Shown: positions 26,976 to 36,770, counted from the first letter of the stretch. The stretch: 64,000 bases of DNA from a virus (IMGVR_UViG_3300028374_000006), one strand, 5' to 3'. Numbers and translations: made by a program. Notes: a model not told the origin generated them from the letters alone.

Positions 26976-27696
26976 CAACAAAACGAAAAAATCGCCCTAC
27001 CACGACGTCCGAGTCACCAAAGGGGTCTACGGCGAACTGTCGAAGATTCAAGAGGAACTGGATGAGGCCGTTGACGCCGATATCCGGGGCCTCGACTTAC
27101 TGGTTCTGATAGAGCTTGCGGATGTGATCGGTGCTGTCGCCGGTGTGGCCGAAGAGCAATATGGCTTCGACCTCGATCAACTGATTGCCTTCAGCGAAAT
27201 GGTCCGGGGTGTTAAGTCGAAAGAGGCTGCCCAAGCCCAAGAAAATCTGGAACAGGCCAAGCAATCCCTCGAAGCCGCCAAAGCCTCACGCCGAGAACTT
27301 GAGGGGGGCTGGGAAGTTATCTGTCGGCGCATCTGGGATAACCCTTCCATTCCGATGGCCGCAAAGATCGGCAGGATGCAGGACCGTTACCTAAATCACC
27401 CGGAAGAATTGCCGCTCAAGATTCTGGAGCCGGGGGATGAACCGATGATTTGCGATGTCTTTGAAAAGCAAGGCTGGAAGTTTGATCTGGATGAGGATTT
27501 CAACCGTGGCGAGCGGGAAATGATTAACCATTTCGGCGGCCTCCGAGCATTCGCTGCTTTACTGACTGAGAAATTCACCGAACAAGCCGAACAGTATGGC
27601 CGCAAGCCTAAAGGGCTGGCTGGTGAAATGATTGGCGAAAATGGGAAATCCAGCGGGCCAGTCTTCAACCCGAAACAGTATGGCACCGATGAGTGA
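26962..27696 (+). CDS. MazG-like nucleotide pyrophosphohydrolase domain protein
   Basis: 'GELSKIQEELDEAVDA...LVLIELADVIGAV' all-alpha NTP-PPase pattern in the N-terminal ~90 aa, with a long C-terminal extension. Confidence 0.55.
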   Translation: MKMRDNKTKKSPYHDVRVTKGVYGELSKIQEELDEAVDADIRGLDLLVLIELADVIGAVAGVAEEQYGFDLDQLIAFSEMVRGVKSKEAAQAQENLEQAKQSLEAAKASRRELEGGWEVICRRIWDNPSIPMAAKIGRMQDRYLNHPEELPLKILEPGDEPMICDVFEKQGWKFDLDEDFNRGEREMINHFGGLRAFAALLTEKFTEQAEQYGRKPKGLAGEMIGENGKSSGPVFNPKQYGTDE

Positions 27697-28378
27697 TTAC
27701 ACGATCGAAGATGGGGTGGTGCATTTAGGACCCGAGCTATCGGAACTGGAGCGCCGCCTTTTTCGAATGTTCGAAGAGCGATTGATCGCCAAGGGTTTCA
27801 AGTACCTGTCGGTCCCTTCCTCTTTGAAATGGTCATCGCTTCGCAAACAAGGCACAGTCACCGTAGATCACACCCTGAACGTGGACGAGGTGCATTGTCT
27901 GGCGGGTTCGGCGGAGCAGGGTATCTTGGAGCGATATGCGGGCCAAAACGTCGAGCCGATGCTCCTGTACGCTGAGAACGCCTGTTTCCGTACCGAAGAT
28001 GAGTACGAGGGTTTGCGGTCGTGCAAAGAGTTCCGCAAACTAGAACAGTATGCCTTTGTTGATCCCGACGAATGGGAAAGGGTATTTTTCGAATTGCTGT
28101 CCAATGCGCTTCGGTTCCTAGAAGACCTTGGGATTGAATGCCGCGCCCGTGATTGCACCAAAGACGATCCGGGTTATCACCATTACAAAGTCGACATTGA
28201 GGTCTGGACTGAGCAATACGGCTGGCTAGAAACCCACTCGTGTTCGTATTTCGCCGATGAGCAGATCAAGCGGTTTTCGATTGGTGGCGACGTGCATTCG
28301 ATTTCTAACACCGGCCTTGCCTCCCCACGTGTATTGATCCCGTTTATTGAACAAGGAATAGGTCCCGATGACTTGTAA
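27680..28378 (+). CDS. seryl-tRNA synthetase catalytic-core homolog lacking the N-terminal tRNA-binding arm
   Basis: Class II motif 2 'FRTEDEYEGLRSCKEFRKLEQYAFV'. SerRS signature 'YKVDIEVWTEQYGWLETHSCSYFADEQIKRF' (cf. bacterial 'YDLEVW...EISSCSN..DFQARR'). Motif 3 'HSISNTGLASPRVLIPFIEQ'. Only 233 aa. Confidence 0.75.
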   Translation: MAPMSDYTIEDGVVHLGPELSELERRLFRMFEERLIAKGFKYLSVPSSLKWSSLRKQGTVTVDHTLNVDEVHCLAGSAEQGILERYAGQNVEPMLLYAENACFRTEDEYEGLRSCKEFRKLEQYAFVDPDEWERVFFELLSNALRFLEDLGIECRARDCTKDDPGYHHYKVDIEVWTEQYGWLETHSCSYFADEQIKRFSIGGDVHSISNTGLASPRVLIPFIEQGIGPDDL

Positions 28379-28967
28379 AGTATTGCCTGTAATCCACGTT
28401 TCTGAAACGCGCCAAGTGTTGCGTAACGTGGACATTGTTCTAAAAGCCGAAGCTGACGGCGTGTTTCTTGTGAACCACGATAAGGATTGGCAGCATTTGC
28501 AACGTGTCGTAAAGGCGGTGCAGGATTTTGCCCCCGATCTGTGGCTAGGGATCAATTCGCTTGACCTACATCCCAAGCAGGCGTTCGGCTTTTTCAAAAG
28601 CGTGGACGGTATCTGGACCGACAACGGCGGTATCGACGAGCGTTCGAAAGAGCAGCCACATGCGACTATGATCCGTGACGCCCGCGCTAACTATGATGGT
28701 CTGTATTTCGGTGGCGTTGCGTTCAAGTATCAGAGGCCCGTTTACAACGTCGTAGGGGCCGCCGAGATTGCGACTGACTACATGGACGTCGTGACGACCG
28801 TAACGCCGATTACAGATTGGCAAGAGTCAATCAATTATCGTGTGTTCGGATTGGCCGAAGACTATATGGGGTATGATGATCCGGGCTATGCTGAATCTGA
28901 AAGAGCAAAAGGCCCGGAACCCGAAATCGTCAAGTTTTTGGATTGGGCAGTGGAGCAATACGGATGA
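28368..28967 (+). CDS. TIM-barrel-like protein (BtpA/SgcQ-family-like?)
   Basis: 'VLPVIHVSE', 'DGVFLVNHD', 'LWLGINSLD' loosely match BtpA-family patterns. Translationally coupled to the SerRS-like gene. Confidence 0.35.
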   Translation: MTCKVLPVIHVSETRQVLRNVDIVLKAEADGVFLVNHDKDWQHLQRVVKAVQDFAPDLWLGINSLDLHPKQAFGFFKSVDGIWTDNGGIDERSKEQPHATMIRDARANYDGLYFGGVAFKYQRPVYNVVGAAEIATDYMDVVTTVTPITDWQESINYRVFGLAEDYMGYDDPGYAESERAKGPEPEIVKFLDWAVEQYG

Positions 28968-29290
28968 TAGGCGGATTTGATGTAGTGATACCGGTGCATA
29001 GGCCGATTGAAGGGGTCAAGCCTAAGATCATTGCTGCGTTCCGTTCGATATGGCCGGAAATGGTGCTTGAAGATCTCGAAGAGGAACCGGGTCGCTGGGA
29101 GTTGTTCATCCACAAAGACCAGTTGGCTTTGGATCGGTGGGCCGGGGGCGAAGAAGAACGCGCCGAATACGACATTGAGGACATGGTACAGGTTATCTGG
29201 GACCGTGGTGAAATAACCCTCGTGTTCGATAGGGAAGGCAAATTCGAAAAGGAAACGACCCAAAAAGTCTGCGAAGCGCTCTTGACTTGA
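28964..29290 (+). CDS. hypothetical protein
   Basis: ATG 28964 overlaps the upstream stop. Confidence 0.45.
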   Translation: MIGGFDVVIPVHRPIEGVKPKIIAAFRSIWPEMVLEDLEEEPGRWELFIHKDQLALDRWAGGEEERAEYDIEDMVQVIWDRGEITLVFDREGKFEKETTQKVCEALLT

Positions 29291-29347
29291 TCCCCCATAC
29301 GTAGTAAATCTGATACGCAATACTCACCCCCACTGTAGGAGACGTCA

Positions 29348-30877
29348 ATGACGACCCAAATGAATGCCCGCAACAACCGAGATTTCATCCGTATGTATTC
29401 GCTCGACTTGGCGAATTACGTCAACGATGTGGTTTCGAGAAAGTCTTACGTCGAAGCCACTTCGCTGGCTGTTTATTTCGTAGAAATGTGTGAGGAAGTA
29501 GTCTTTTCCCACACGAAATTCCCGTTGATCGGCACCAAGCTCTACGGCTTGACGCACAACCGGGAACAGAATTCGCTCGACATGAACTACCTCATTTTGC
29601 AAGAGGTAGCTGGTCGATCCGAAATGGATTACGAAAACATCCTTTATCACGTGGACCGCTTTCTGGCGCGCACTGAAAAGGGCCTCCGCCATTCGATGAT
29701 CCAATGCCTGCCGCCGTTCATTCAGGCTACCCGTGACGTTCTGGCAGACGCCGTAAAGAGCGGTGAAGCCCGTGGCAAGATCACAAGGGACGACCTCCCT
29801 CTGTATCTCGAAGCCCATAACCGGGCTGTAGCGAGGCACCTCGCATCCCGTGCGGACGACCCCAACGTTCCGATCGATGAGTACCGCTCCTTGGAAGATA
29901 TCCAAGAGTCCAAAGCGCACCTTGTGTTCCAGAACATGAGCGAATCGCTGAGTAAGACGCTGGCCGCTTTCGTGTATTTGGATGCCCAAGGCGAACGGTA
30001 CAGTCAGTCGGATGTGGTACGGCTTACTGGTATGACAACTTCGCTGGTATCGTCGGCTACGGAGTGGCTTCTGGACCATGCTTTCATCAACCGTGATCCA
30101 CGCCAGCGCTATTACTCGACAACGGTGACGTTCGACGGTCTTACCGTTGATGAGGCACGTAACCTCGTCAATACGGTACCGGTCGAAACTGAGCCGACTT
30201 CGAGCATCGAAAACCTTACGTGGTTGCAGGGCCTTATTTACGCCACGCTCCAAGAGTTGGCGGTCGAGGATGATCAGGTTCAGATTGGTGGCGACGAACT
30301 GGTCACTATCGCGACCCGCACACGTTGGACGGCCTCCAACGGCACGACGTCGGCTGCGATCAGTGGTCTGGAAGACCGGGGCCTTATCGCCCGGAACACC
30401 GGAACCAAGCCGTACACGTACATCGTGACGGAGCGCAACGAACCGCAAGTCATTTTCTCGAACGTGACGCCCGGTGATCAACCCGAGGTCCAAGAGGTCC
30501 TGCAGCTAGAGCCGCAAGACGATGTGACCTTTGCGGCTGTCGAAGCCCCGGCGAATGTTATCCAAGGTGGGCAAGTTACCATGCGACCTGTGGAAGTAGG
30601 TGGGCAAACCGTTACCGAGGTAACGCCTTCCGAAAATCAAGCTCCTGTTCCCCAACGATATTCGATGGGGTCGCTGGAAGACCGCCAACAGAGGCTGGCC
30701 ACGTCTAATTTGGAATTGCTCATTGACGACCTTATTGAAAGTCGTCTGAACATGTTGAACCCGGAGGTGGCCCTCGATATCATCACGAATGGCCGGGTGC
30801 GGGCGAATTTCGACGAAACTACTGGTACCAAGACCATTAGTTTTGAACTGTCGGAAGACGAGCGTATCGAAGACTGA
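29348..30877 (+). CDS. hypothetical 509-aa protein with two winged-helix-like segments
   Basis: Long ORF; 'DVVRLTGMTTSLVSSATEWLLDHAFI' and 'SAAISGLEDRGLIARNTG' look like wHTH recognition helices/wings. Confidence 0.55.
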   Translation: MTTQMNARNNRDFIRMYSLDLANYVNDVVSRKSYVEATSLAVYFVEMCEEVVFSHTKFPLIGTKLYGLTHNREQNSLDMNYLILQEVAGRSEMDYENILYHVDRFLARTEKGLRHSMIQCLPPFIQATRDVLADAVKSGEARGKITRDDLPLYLEAHNRAVARHLASRADDPNVPIDEYRSLEDIQESKAHLVFQNMSESLSKTLAAFVYLDAQGERYSQSDVVRLTGMTTSLVSSATEWLLDHAFINRDPRQRYYSTTVTFDGLTVDEARNLVNTVPVETEPTSSIENLTWLQGLIYATLQELAVEDDQVQIGGDELVTIATRTRWTASNGTTSAAISGLEDRGLIARNTGTKPYTYIVTERNEPQVIFSNVTPGDQPEVQEVLQLEPQDDVTFAAVEAPANVIQGGQVTMRPVEVGGQTVTEVTPSENQAPVPQRYSMGSLEDRQQRLATSNLELLIDDLIESRLNMLNPEVALDIITNGRVRANFDETTGTKTISFELSEDERIED

Positions 30878-30902
30878 TGACTTGATACGTTAGCAGTACG
30901 AA

Positions 30903-30932
30903 CCCCTCCCTTATCGGAGGGGTTTTTCTTTT
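30903..30932 (+). terminator. rho-independent terminator (CCCCTCC-loop-GGAGGGG + TTTTTCTTTT)
   Basis: Strong GC hairpin plus T-run after CDS 29348..30877. Confidence 0.75.
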
Positions 30933-30997
30933 GACGCCTTGCTTTTTATGTAGTATAGCTTAGATGCTGGCGGTAACTTTTCCGAGATGGAAGGCTG

Positions 30998-31519
30998 ATG
31001 ATACGACCCATCCTGTTCTTATTGTTCGTAGGACTGATTATCTACGGCACCTTTACGCTTATCCGCAGGTGGCGTAACCGGTTGGACCGGAGTCTCAAGA
31101 GGCGCTTTCGCAAGATGCGTAAGCTCATTCTCAAGGGCATAGACAGTAGCCAAAAAGACCGGGCGAAACGCCTTTTGGCGAACTGTGAGACTTTCCTCGA
31201 CATGACCCTTGTGGCCTACGAACGGCTCCAAGAGCTTAGGGAGATGCAGGCGGAAGCCTCCGAGCTTGTGGGGGTGGCAGACCATGCCGAGCACCACCAA
31301 CGATTGGAAAGGAAAATCCGCCATTCGATGGAAGAGTTCTTGAGCCGGTTGTATCTGATTTCTTCCGAAGCGACATTTGATTGGCAACGATCTTTGGACC
31401 AACTGGAAGAGTTCACCGAAGAACTCGAAGACCAGCGCAAAGTTTTCCTCGATCTCAACAGCGGTGACGTGGCGTTAGAGAATTTCGAAATCCCCGAGGA
31501 GCAAGAAATCCGCGTTTAA
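30998..31519 (+). CDS. N-terminal TM helix + coiled-coil protein
   Basis: 'ILFLLFVGLIIYGTFTLI' followed by a charged coiled-coil-like region. Confidence 0.5.
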   Translation: MIRPILFLLFVGLIIYGTFTLIRRWRNRLDRSLKRRFRKMRKLILKGIDSSQKDRAKRLLANCETFLDMTLVAYERLQELREMQAEASELVGVADHAEHHQRLERKIRHSMEEFLSRLYLISSEATFDWQRSLDQLEEFTEELEDQRKVFLDLNSGDVALENFEIPEEQEIRV

Positions 31520-31541
31520 TCAACACCCATTACTAGGAGTA

Positions 31542-32525
31542 ATGATGAAACGAGCACTAGCACTACTGTTTTTGATTTTTTTCGCCACATTCAATACGGG
31601 GTGTAGCACCCAAGACGTACCGGCAGGACACAAAGGTTTCATGTTTGATAGGACCGGTTTCCTTGCTCTGTATTCGGGCGGTGACGGCCTCCAAGAGGAA
31701 GAAGTGCTGGACGAGGGTACCCATTTCACGGGGATCTACGACCATATTCAAGGGGTCAACTGTCGTGACGCCCATGTCAAAGAGCCTATGAAGGTTCTGA
31801 CGCAAAGCGACATGGAAGTGACGGTTGACCTTCGCGTGACCTACAGCGCCGACTGTTCGTCCAACAAGAGTATGCTGAAGTTGGTCAACAAGGTGGGTCC
31901 CGCCGTTGATTCACGTTTCGTCCAACCCCCGCAGGTGTTCGAAAAGTACGTCATGCCTACGATCCGAGAATCACTGCGCAATCACCTAGCGGCATCTACC
32001 CTCGAAGAGGTCAAAAACGTTCGAGGTGAGTTGGCTCTAGCTGTGAAAAGTGATCTGGAAAAGACGCTAGAAGAGAAAGGTTTTCCGGTGCAAGTGGACG
32101 TGCTAACGGTGTCCAAGATTTCATTGCCCAAGGCTATTACAGCCAAGATTAAGGAAATCGAAGTTGCCCGCATGGAAGCCAACAAAGAAACCGAAAAGCA
32201 GCGTGCGTCCAAAGTACGCCTAGAACGTGAACTGTTTGAAGCCCAGCAACAGCGCGAAGTATCACGTGAGATGGCTGAGAAAGAGAAAGAGGTGGCGACC
32301 ATCAAGGCCGAAGCTGATCTCGAAATCAAAAAACGTGAGGCGGAGGGTATCAAAGAAATCCGCCAGCAACTGACTGGCAATTACCTAGAGTACCTTAGCC
32401 TTTTGAAAGGCGCTGAGGTGCAGCATGAGTTCGCCAAGTCGCTGAAGTCGGGTACCAAGTGGTACATCGATAAGGATTTCCTTATTCCGCCCGGTAGCGC
32501 CGCTAGTGTGTCAGTTGGTAAGTAA
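31542..32525 (+). CDS. SPFH/band-7 (stomatin/prohibitin-like) lipoprotein
   Basis: Lipobox 'FATFNTGC'; C-terminal 'KISLPKAITAKIKEIEVARMEANKE...EKEKEVATIKAEADLEIKKREAEGIKE', typical of an SPFH tail. Confidence 0.6.
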   Translation: MMKRALALLFLIFFATFNTGCSTQDVPAGHKGFMFDRTGFLALYSGGDGLQEEEVLDEGTHFTGIYDHIQGVNCRDAHVKEPMKVLTQSDMEVTVDLRVTYSADCSSNKSMLKLVNKVGPAVDSRFVQPPQVFEKYVMPTIRESLRNHLAASTLEEVKNVRGELALAVKSDLEKTLEEKGFPVQVDVLTVSKISLPKAITAKIKEIEVARMEANKETEKQRASKVRLERELFEAQQQREVSREMAEKEKEVATIKAEADLEIKKREAEGIKEIRQQLTGNYLEYLSLLKGAEVQHEFAKSLKSGTKWYIDKDFLIPPGSAASVSVGK

Positions 32526-32579
32526 TTTGACGTAACTGGACGGGGGCCTTCGGGTCCCCGTTTAGCTTTGAGGAGTTTC

Positions 32580-33047
32580 ATGATGGGCACACGATCATTA
32601 ACCGTATTTTATAACAACTATTGGCCCCAACAAGACGAAACCGAAGTTGCCGTTATGTACAAGCAGTACGACGGATACCCTTCCGGGTTAGGTGACGATC
32701 TTGTCGATTTGCTTCGCGGTGTGCGTATCGTCAATGGTATCGGCGGAGATGTATCTAATATCGCCAACGGTATGCCTTGCTTGGCGGCGCAGGTTGTGTC
32801 GCATTTTAAGTGTGGCGGGGACCCTTCCGATTTGTTCAGCAAGGGCATAGCCGGTGGAAGCTATCTGTACCCCGCAGGTACCCGTGATTGCGGCGAAGAG
32901 TATATCTACGAGATTAGGTGTGCTCCTCAAGTTGGAAGCGAACGAGACCGTGCCATTCACCTTACGGTCAAGACGACATACGGGACAGATGACGTCCTCT
33001 ATGAGGGCTTGCTGGACGAGTTCGAGAGCACCCTCCTAGAGGAATAG
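32580..33047 (+). CDS. hypothetical protein
   Basis: AGGAG RBS 4 nt before ATG 32580. Confidence 0.5.
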   Translation: MMGTRSLTVFYNNYWPQQDETEVAVMYKQYDGYPSGLGDDLVDLLRGVRIVNGIGGDVSNIANGMPCLAAQVVSHFKCGGDPSDLFSKGIAGGSYLYPAGTRDCGEEYIYEIRCAPQVGSERDRAIHLTVKTTYGTDDVLYEGLLDEFESTLLEE

Positions 33048-33146
33048 TTTTGACGGAACCTAAAAGTAAGGGTATGTGATACTAGAGATCTTCTGGGGTG
33101 GCCCTAGAAGGCTCTTACAACGTACCTTTACTTTTAGGAGTCCATT

Positions 33147-33569
33147 ATGTCAGCGGCACCGGTTTCAGCAACATTCGAAGATTCATTCGAAGATCCAGTC
33201 CAAAAAGCATTGAGGCGGGATGATAAGGTTCAACTCGTTCAAGGTGAAGACTTGACGATGGCCGAAATCGAATTGGAAGGTGATAGATACTTCTTCACTT
33301 TCCATTCGATTGTGCGGTTCATGGCGCGGGCTGACCAAGTGACCCGTGACTTGTTCCCTCACCTCGATCTGGACTATTCGGACCACGCGCTTTTCGCGAT
33401 GATTCTCTTGTTCAGACAAGGGGCTTTCGGGACTTATAAAAACGTCAAAAGACAGGGCGAGGGGAGGTTTTCGTCCGGGTGGTTGTTCGTGCTGGTCGAA
33501 GAGGGGGGCGTCAATAAGGTCGTCACTTCTTACCCCAAGAACTCAACCACACGCTTTTACCACTCATGA
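33147..33569 (+). CDS. hypothetical protein
   Basis: ORF. Confidence 0.5.
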   Translation: MSAAPVSATFEDSFEDPVQKALRRDDKVQLVQGEDLTMAEIELEGDRYFFTFHSIVRFMARADQVTRDLFPHLDLDYSDHALFAMILLFRQGAFGTYKNVKRQGEGRFSSGWLFVLVEEGGVNKVVTSYPKNSTTRFYHS

Positions 33570-33671
33570 AAGCGCACCACGGATTCAAAGAATAGTTTTG
33601 ACGTGGCCGGGATGCTAGGGTATATATAAGTAGTTGCAGGGAAACTGCTTATAACCACGACGGAGGCCGCG

Positions 33672-34196
33672 ATGCAAACTTTCGATTCCCCTTACATGTT
33701 CCTGAAAGTTCCACCGGTTATGTACCGGGAGGTCCGGGATTTCGTATACCGCAAGTATTGCGGTCACATTCTCGGGCAGGCAGAGGCGGAAATTGCGGAA
33801 ATCAAGACCTATGATTGGGCCACAAACGAATACCGCAAAAACAAGGTCGAAACCCTCGAAGGGATTCGTGAAGAGTGCCTCAAGTACACAGACAAGGCGA
33901 AGGTTTACAAGACCAAGAGCCGCACACAGATTGCCCTGAACCTTGACGGGTGGGAATACCGTGACCAAGTGTTCGAAGAAAAGATCGAGGGCTGGCTGTA
34001 CGACGGAGGCATCAAGGTGTCCCTCCATTTCAACACCCACAAGAAGCGCACGGGTTGTTGGAAAGAGGTTGACCGGTGGTTGCAGGTGGACGTTCCGCGC
34101 TATGACCCTATTAATGCTGAACGTCTGAGGTCGCGCCTGTTGCGTTTGAATAGGACGGTTAGGCACGATTGGCCCACTTCGCCCAGAACCTCTTAG
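33672..34196 (+). CDS. hypothetical protein
   Basis: ORF. Confidence 0.5.
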   Translation: MQTFDSPYMFLKVPPVMYREVRDFVYRKYCGHILGQAEAEIAEIKTYDWATNEYRKNKVETLEGIREECLKYTDKAKVYKTKSRTQIALNLDGWEYRDQVFEEKIEGWLYDGGIKVSLHFNTHKKRTGCWKEVDRWLQVDVPRYDPINAERLRSRLLRLNRTVRHDWPTSPRTS

Positions 34197-34207
34197 GGTA
34201 TGGCACA

Positions 34208-34624
34208 ATGGTCGGTGGGTTCACTGCGGGCTTACCTTCCCGCCACATTCGGGACTATGAGTTTTGTTACAGCGGGTATAAATGGAAAGGTAGCCGCCGT
34301 TTCCAACAGTTTCATGCTTTGAGGGACGTCGAGTATTTCCCCCGTCTGGACGATGAAATCCAGATGTTTTACCACACGATGAAGGGTATCGAAGACCCTG
34401 ATATAATGCTTCGGGCTGTTAAGTTGTCAACGGGGCAGTTGGAACGTGGGGCGCAGCTTTACCCGGATTACCATGAGCTTAATGGGGAACAAGAAGACCA
34501 GTTTCTGTATTGCCGTGACGGCACCCGATTCTTTAGCTCTTTGAAGTACGAGCAGCCAGAAAAATACCGTGACGCTGTTCGTAAGTTCACCAAAGCAATG
34601 CATGTCGTGGGGCTTCTTGGATAA
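34208..34624 (+). CDS. hypothetical protein
   Basis: ORF; an alternative start at 34169 would overlap the upstream gene. Confidence 0.45.
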   Translation: MVGGFTAGLPSRHIRDYEFCYSGYKWKGSRRFQQFHALRDVEYFPRLDDEIQMFYHTMKGIEDPDIMLRAVKLSTGQLERGAQLYPDYHELNGEQEDQFLYCRDGTRFFSSLKYEQPEKYRDAVRKFTKAMHVVGLLG

Positions 34625-34657
34625 TCCCTTTGTATTAAACGGGTTTAGGAGGTTACT

Positions 34658-35218
34658 ATGTCCCTAAAACTCGCCAAGATCGTAGCACACCGCTACATGC
34701 ACCGGTCTGTTTCCCGAAGTAAGACCGCATCCGACGATGATTACGCACCGGCACAGGTGCTACCTAAGCCCTGCACGGTCGTGTCGGAGGTGTGGCTGAG
34801 GGATTGGCCGGGCGTTGGGGCATGGCAAGATGAGTATGATCCTGCCATAGATAACCACGTCGACGTACCTTCCGTCGCACTAGAGCTTCGGTTGCGCACG
34901 GCGACCGGAGAAGATCACACCCGTCTTGTCTACATTGGCTTTCCCTTAGAGGCCGGGCGTTACGAGGTTCTTCGTACCGCAGGCGCTAAGGACGTCGAGG
35001 GTTTTCCCGAGGTGGGGCATACTCTCCAGACTGTGATCGGGTGGATCGGCAAAGACGAATATTCGGAGCGTGCGGTCCGTCTAGGGAACATCCATGACCC
35101 TGCAGCCGATTCGTGGAAATCCTATGTGGACCAGAACGTGAAATACCGCATCATCCACCGTGTGGCCGCTGGAACCGCCTCCCTACCTTCCGCCATTACC
35201 GGCGACATGAGCCTGTAA
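34658..35218 (+). CDS. hypothetical protein
   Basis: GGAGG RBS before ATG. Confidence 0.5.
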   Translation: MSLKLAKIVAHRYMHRSVSRSKTASDDDYAPAQVLPKPCTVVSEVWLRDWPGVGAWQDEYDPAIDNHVDVPSVALELRLRTATGEDHTRLVYIGFPLEAGRYEVLRTAGAKDVEGFPEVGHTLQTVIGWIGKDEYSERAVRLGNIHDPAADSWKSYVDQNVKYRIIHRVAAGTASLPSAITGDMSL

Positions 35219-35285
35219 CAATTCGTTTTGACACGTAGCATTTGCTGGGGTATAAGTAACAGGCATTAAAACCCCAGAGGTGCTT

Positions 35286-35873
35286 ATGTGTGAACAATGC
35301 CTAGCCGAGACGGTAACGGTGGCCATTATCGAAGGCCCACCGACACCCGAGGCTACACAGCAAGACCTTGATTTAGGTCGTGTTACTACGGGCTGGTACG
35401 TAGCTGTCGCTACCAAGGCGGCTTACGATTTCGTCCCCGGCGACGTGTTTGTGGGCAGGATAAACGACCCAGACATGGTGCTTACGGACGACCTTTTCGA
35501 TATGGAAGAGTGGACTGCCGAAGACGAGGACGAAAACGCCCTCGACCATCTTCGTGGTGGCCCCGTAAATTCCCTGTCGGAATATGAGGATTCACCTCTG
35601 GCGTCAGACCGGTTCATTTTCGGCGAAGGCAATACCAACATTTTCCATCCCGATTTCGAGACGGGTGGTAAAGGCGATTGGTGGGTGGCCGTGCCAAGCA
35701 TCGTACACGATTTCGAAGAGACGTTCGGTGCGCCCCCTAGAGGGTTCGGTATTTGGACTGCATGGCCTATCGCCAAGGTGGCAGAGGTATTTCGGGAACA
35801 CGGAGTTCCTTACGACAAGGAAGGGCGCTTGAAATGGGCGCTCGAAAACAAGGAAAACAATGACGATTCGTGA
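35286..35873 (+). CDS. hypothetical protein
   Basis: CCAGAGGTG RBS + ATG 35286. Confidence 0.5.
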   Translation: MCEQCLAETVTVAIIEGPPTPEATQQDLDLGRVTTGWYVAVATKAAYDFVPGDVFVGRINDPDMVLTDDLFDMEEWTAEDEDENALDHLRGGPVNSLSEYEDSPLASDRFIFGEGNTNIFHPDFETGGKGDWWVAVPSIVHDFEETFGAPPRGFGIWTAWPIAKVAEVFREHGVPYDKEGRLKWALENKENNDDS

Positions 35874-36360
35874 CCTAGTGCTATATCCGAATGACGTTTT
35901 GATTCAGCCGACTATCGAGGTTGAAGCAACGTCGGAAGATACCCATGCCTTGGTGCAGGATCTCGTCGATACCATGCACAATGCGAAAGGTGTCGGCTTG
36001 GCTGCCCCGCAAGTGGGTGAGTCTAAGCGGGTATGTATCGTAGAGTTCGAGGATGAACTACACGTGCTGGTTAATCCCCGCATTCTAGAGTGGGAAGGCA
36101 CCCCCGAAGCCGACGAAGAAGGGTGCCTTAGTTTCCCCGGTGTGTATACCCCTGTCGAAAGGTCGCCGAAGATCCGGGTTAAGTATCAGACCCCCGAGGG
36201 TGATGATATCGACCGGGAAGTTGAAGGGTTCTTAGCCCGAGCCTTTCAGCACGAAATCGACCACCTCAACGGCGTTCTGTTCATCGACCGAATGAGTGCT
36301 CTGCGCAAGCGGATGGCGCTGAAAAAGTATCGCAAGTTCCTGAACCGGAGGAACAAATGA
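35860..36360 (+). CDS. def: peptide deformylase
   Basis: Motifs 'GVGLAAPQVG', 'EGCLSFPGV', 'QHEIDHLNG'. Confidence 0.9.
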   Translation: MTIRDLVLYPNDVLIQPTIEVEATSEDTHALVQDLVDTMHNAKGVGLAAPQVGESKRVCIVEFEDELHVLVNPRILEWEGTPEADEEGCLSFPGVYTPVERSPKIRVKYQTPEGDDIDREVEGFLARAFQHEIDHLNGVLFIDRMSALRKRMALKKYRKFLNRRNK

Positions 36361-36770
36361 GCGACGATTTAGACATCGAAAACATGAGCGACGACGAGTT
36401 GCGGACCGAAGTTGCGGACATGGGTGAAAACATGGTCCGTAAGGTTTGCCAGCAGCTAGCTGTTTATTACCTTCGCAAGATCGACGAAGCAACGCTAGGA
36501 CAAATCGACCAAACGCTGTTCGAGGACGAGTCAGAGGTTCATCTTTATGAGGTGGTGAAACAGGTGGCCGAGGATATTCGGCGGCTTGAAGCTGCACGTG
36601 AACATAAAAAAGCGTTCCTAGCTCTCAAAGACCTTACCGAACCCCTTGCGGTTTTTTTCGAAAGTGTGATGGTCATGGCTGACGATGAGGCCGTGAAGCA
36701 AAACCGAATGCGCCTGCTCGCCGAGGTACGGGATACGTATCTTATGTTAGCTGATTTCTCTTTTCTCTGA
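36357..36770 (+). CDS. stand-alone homolog of glycyl-tRNA synthetase beta-subunit C-terminal (anticodon-binding) region
   Basis: 'EPLAVFFESVMVMADDEAVKQNRMRLLAEVRDTYLMLADFS' closely resembles the GlyS C-terminal 'FFDNVMVMAEDEALRNNRLALL...ADIS'. ATGA overlap with def. Confidence 0.6.
   Translation: MSDDLDIENMSDDELRTEVADMGENMVRKVCQQLAVYYLRKIDEATLGQIDQTLFEDESEVHLYEVVKQVAEDIRRLEAAREHKKAFLALKDLTEPLAVFFESVMVMADDEAVKQNRMRLLAEVRDTYLMLADFSFL

Noticed and set aside
29345-30493. 382-aa minus-strand ORF antisense to CDS 29348..30877
   Set aside because: It shares almost exact boundaries with the sense ORF. Its composition is typical of an antisense artefact (Arg/Val/Asp-rich), and a terminator follows the + gene.
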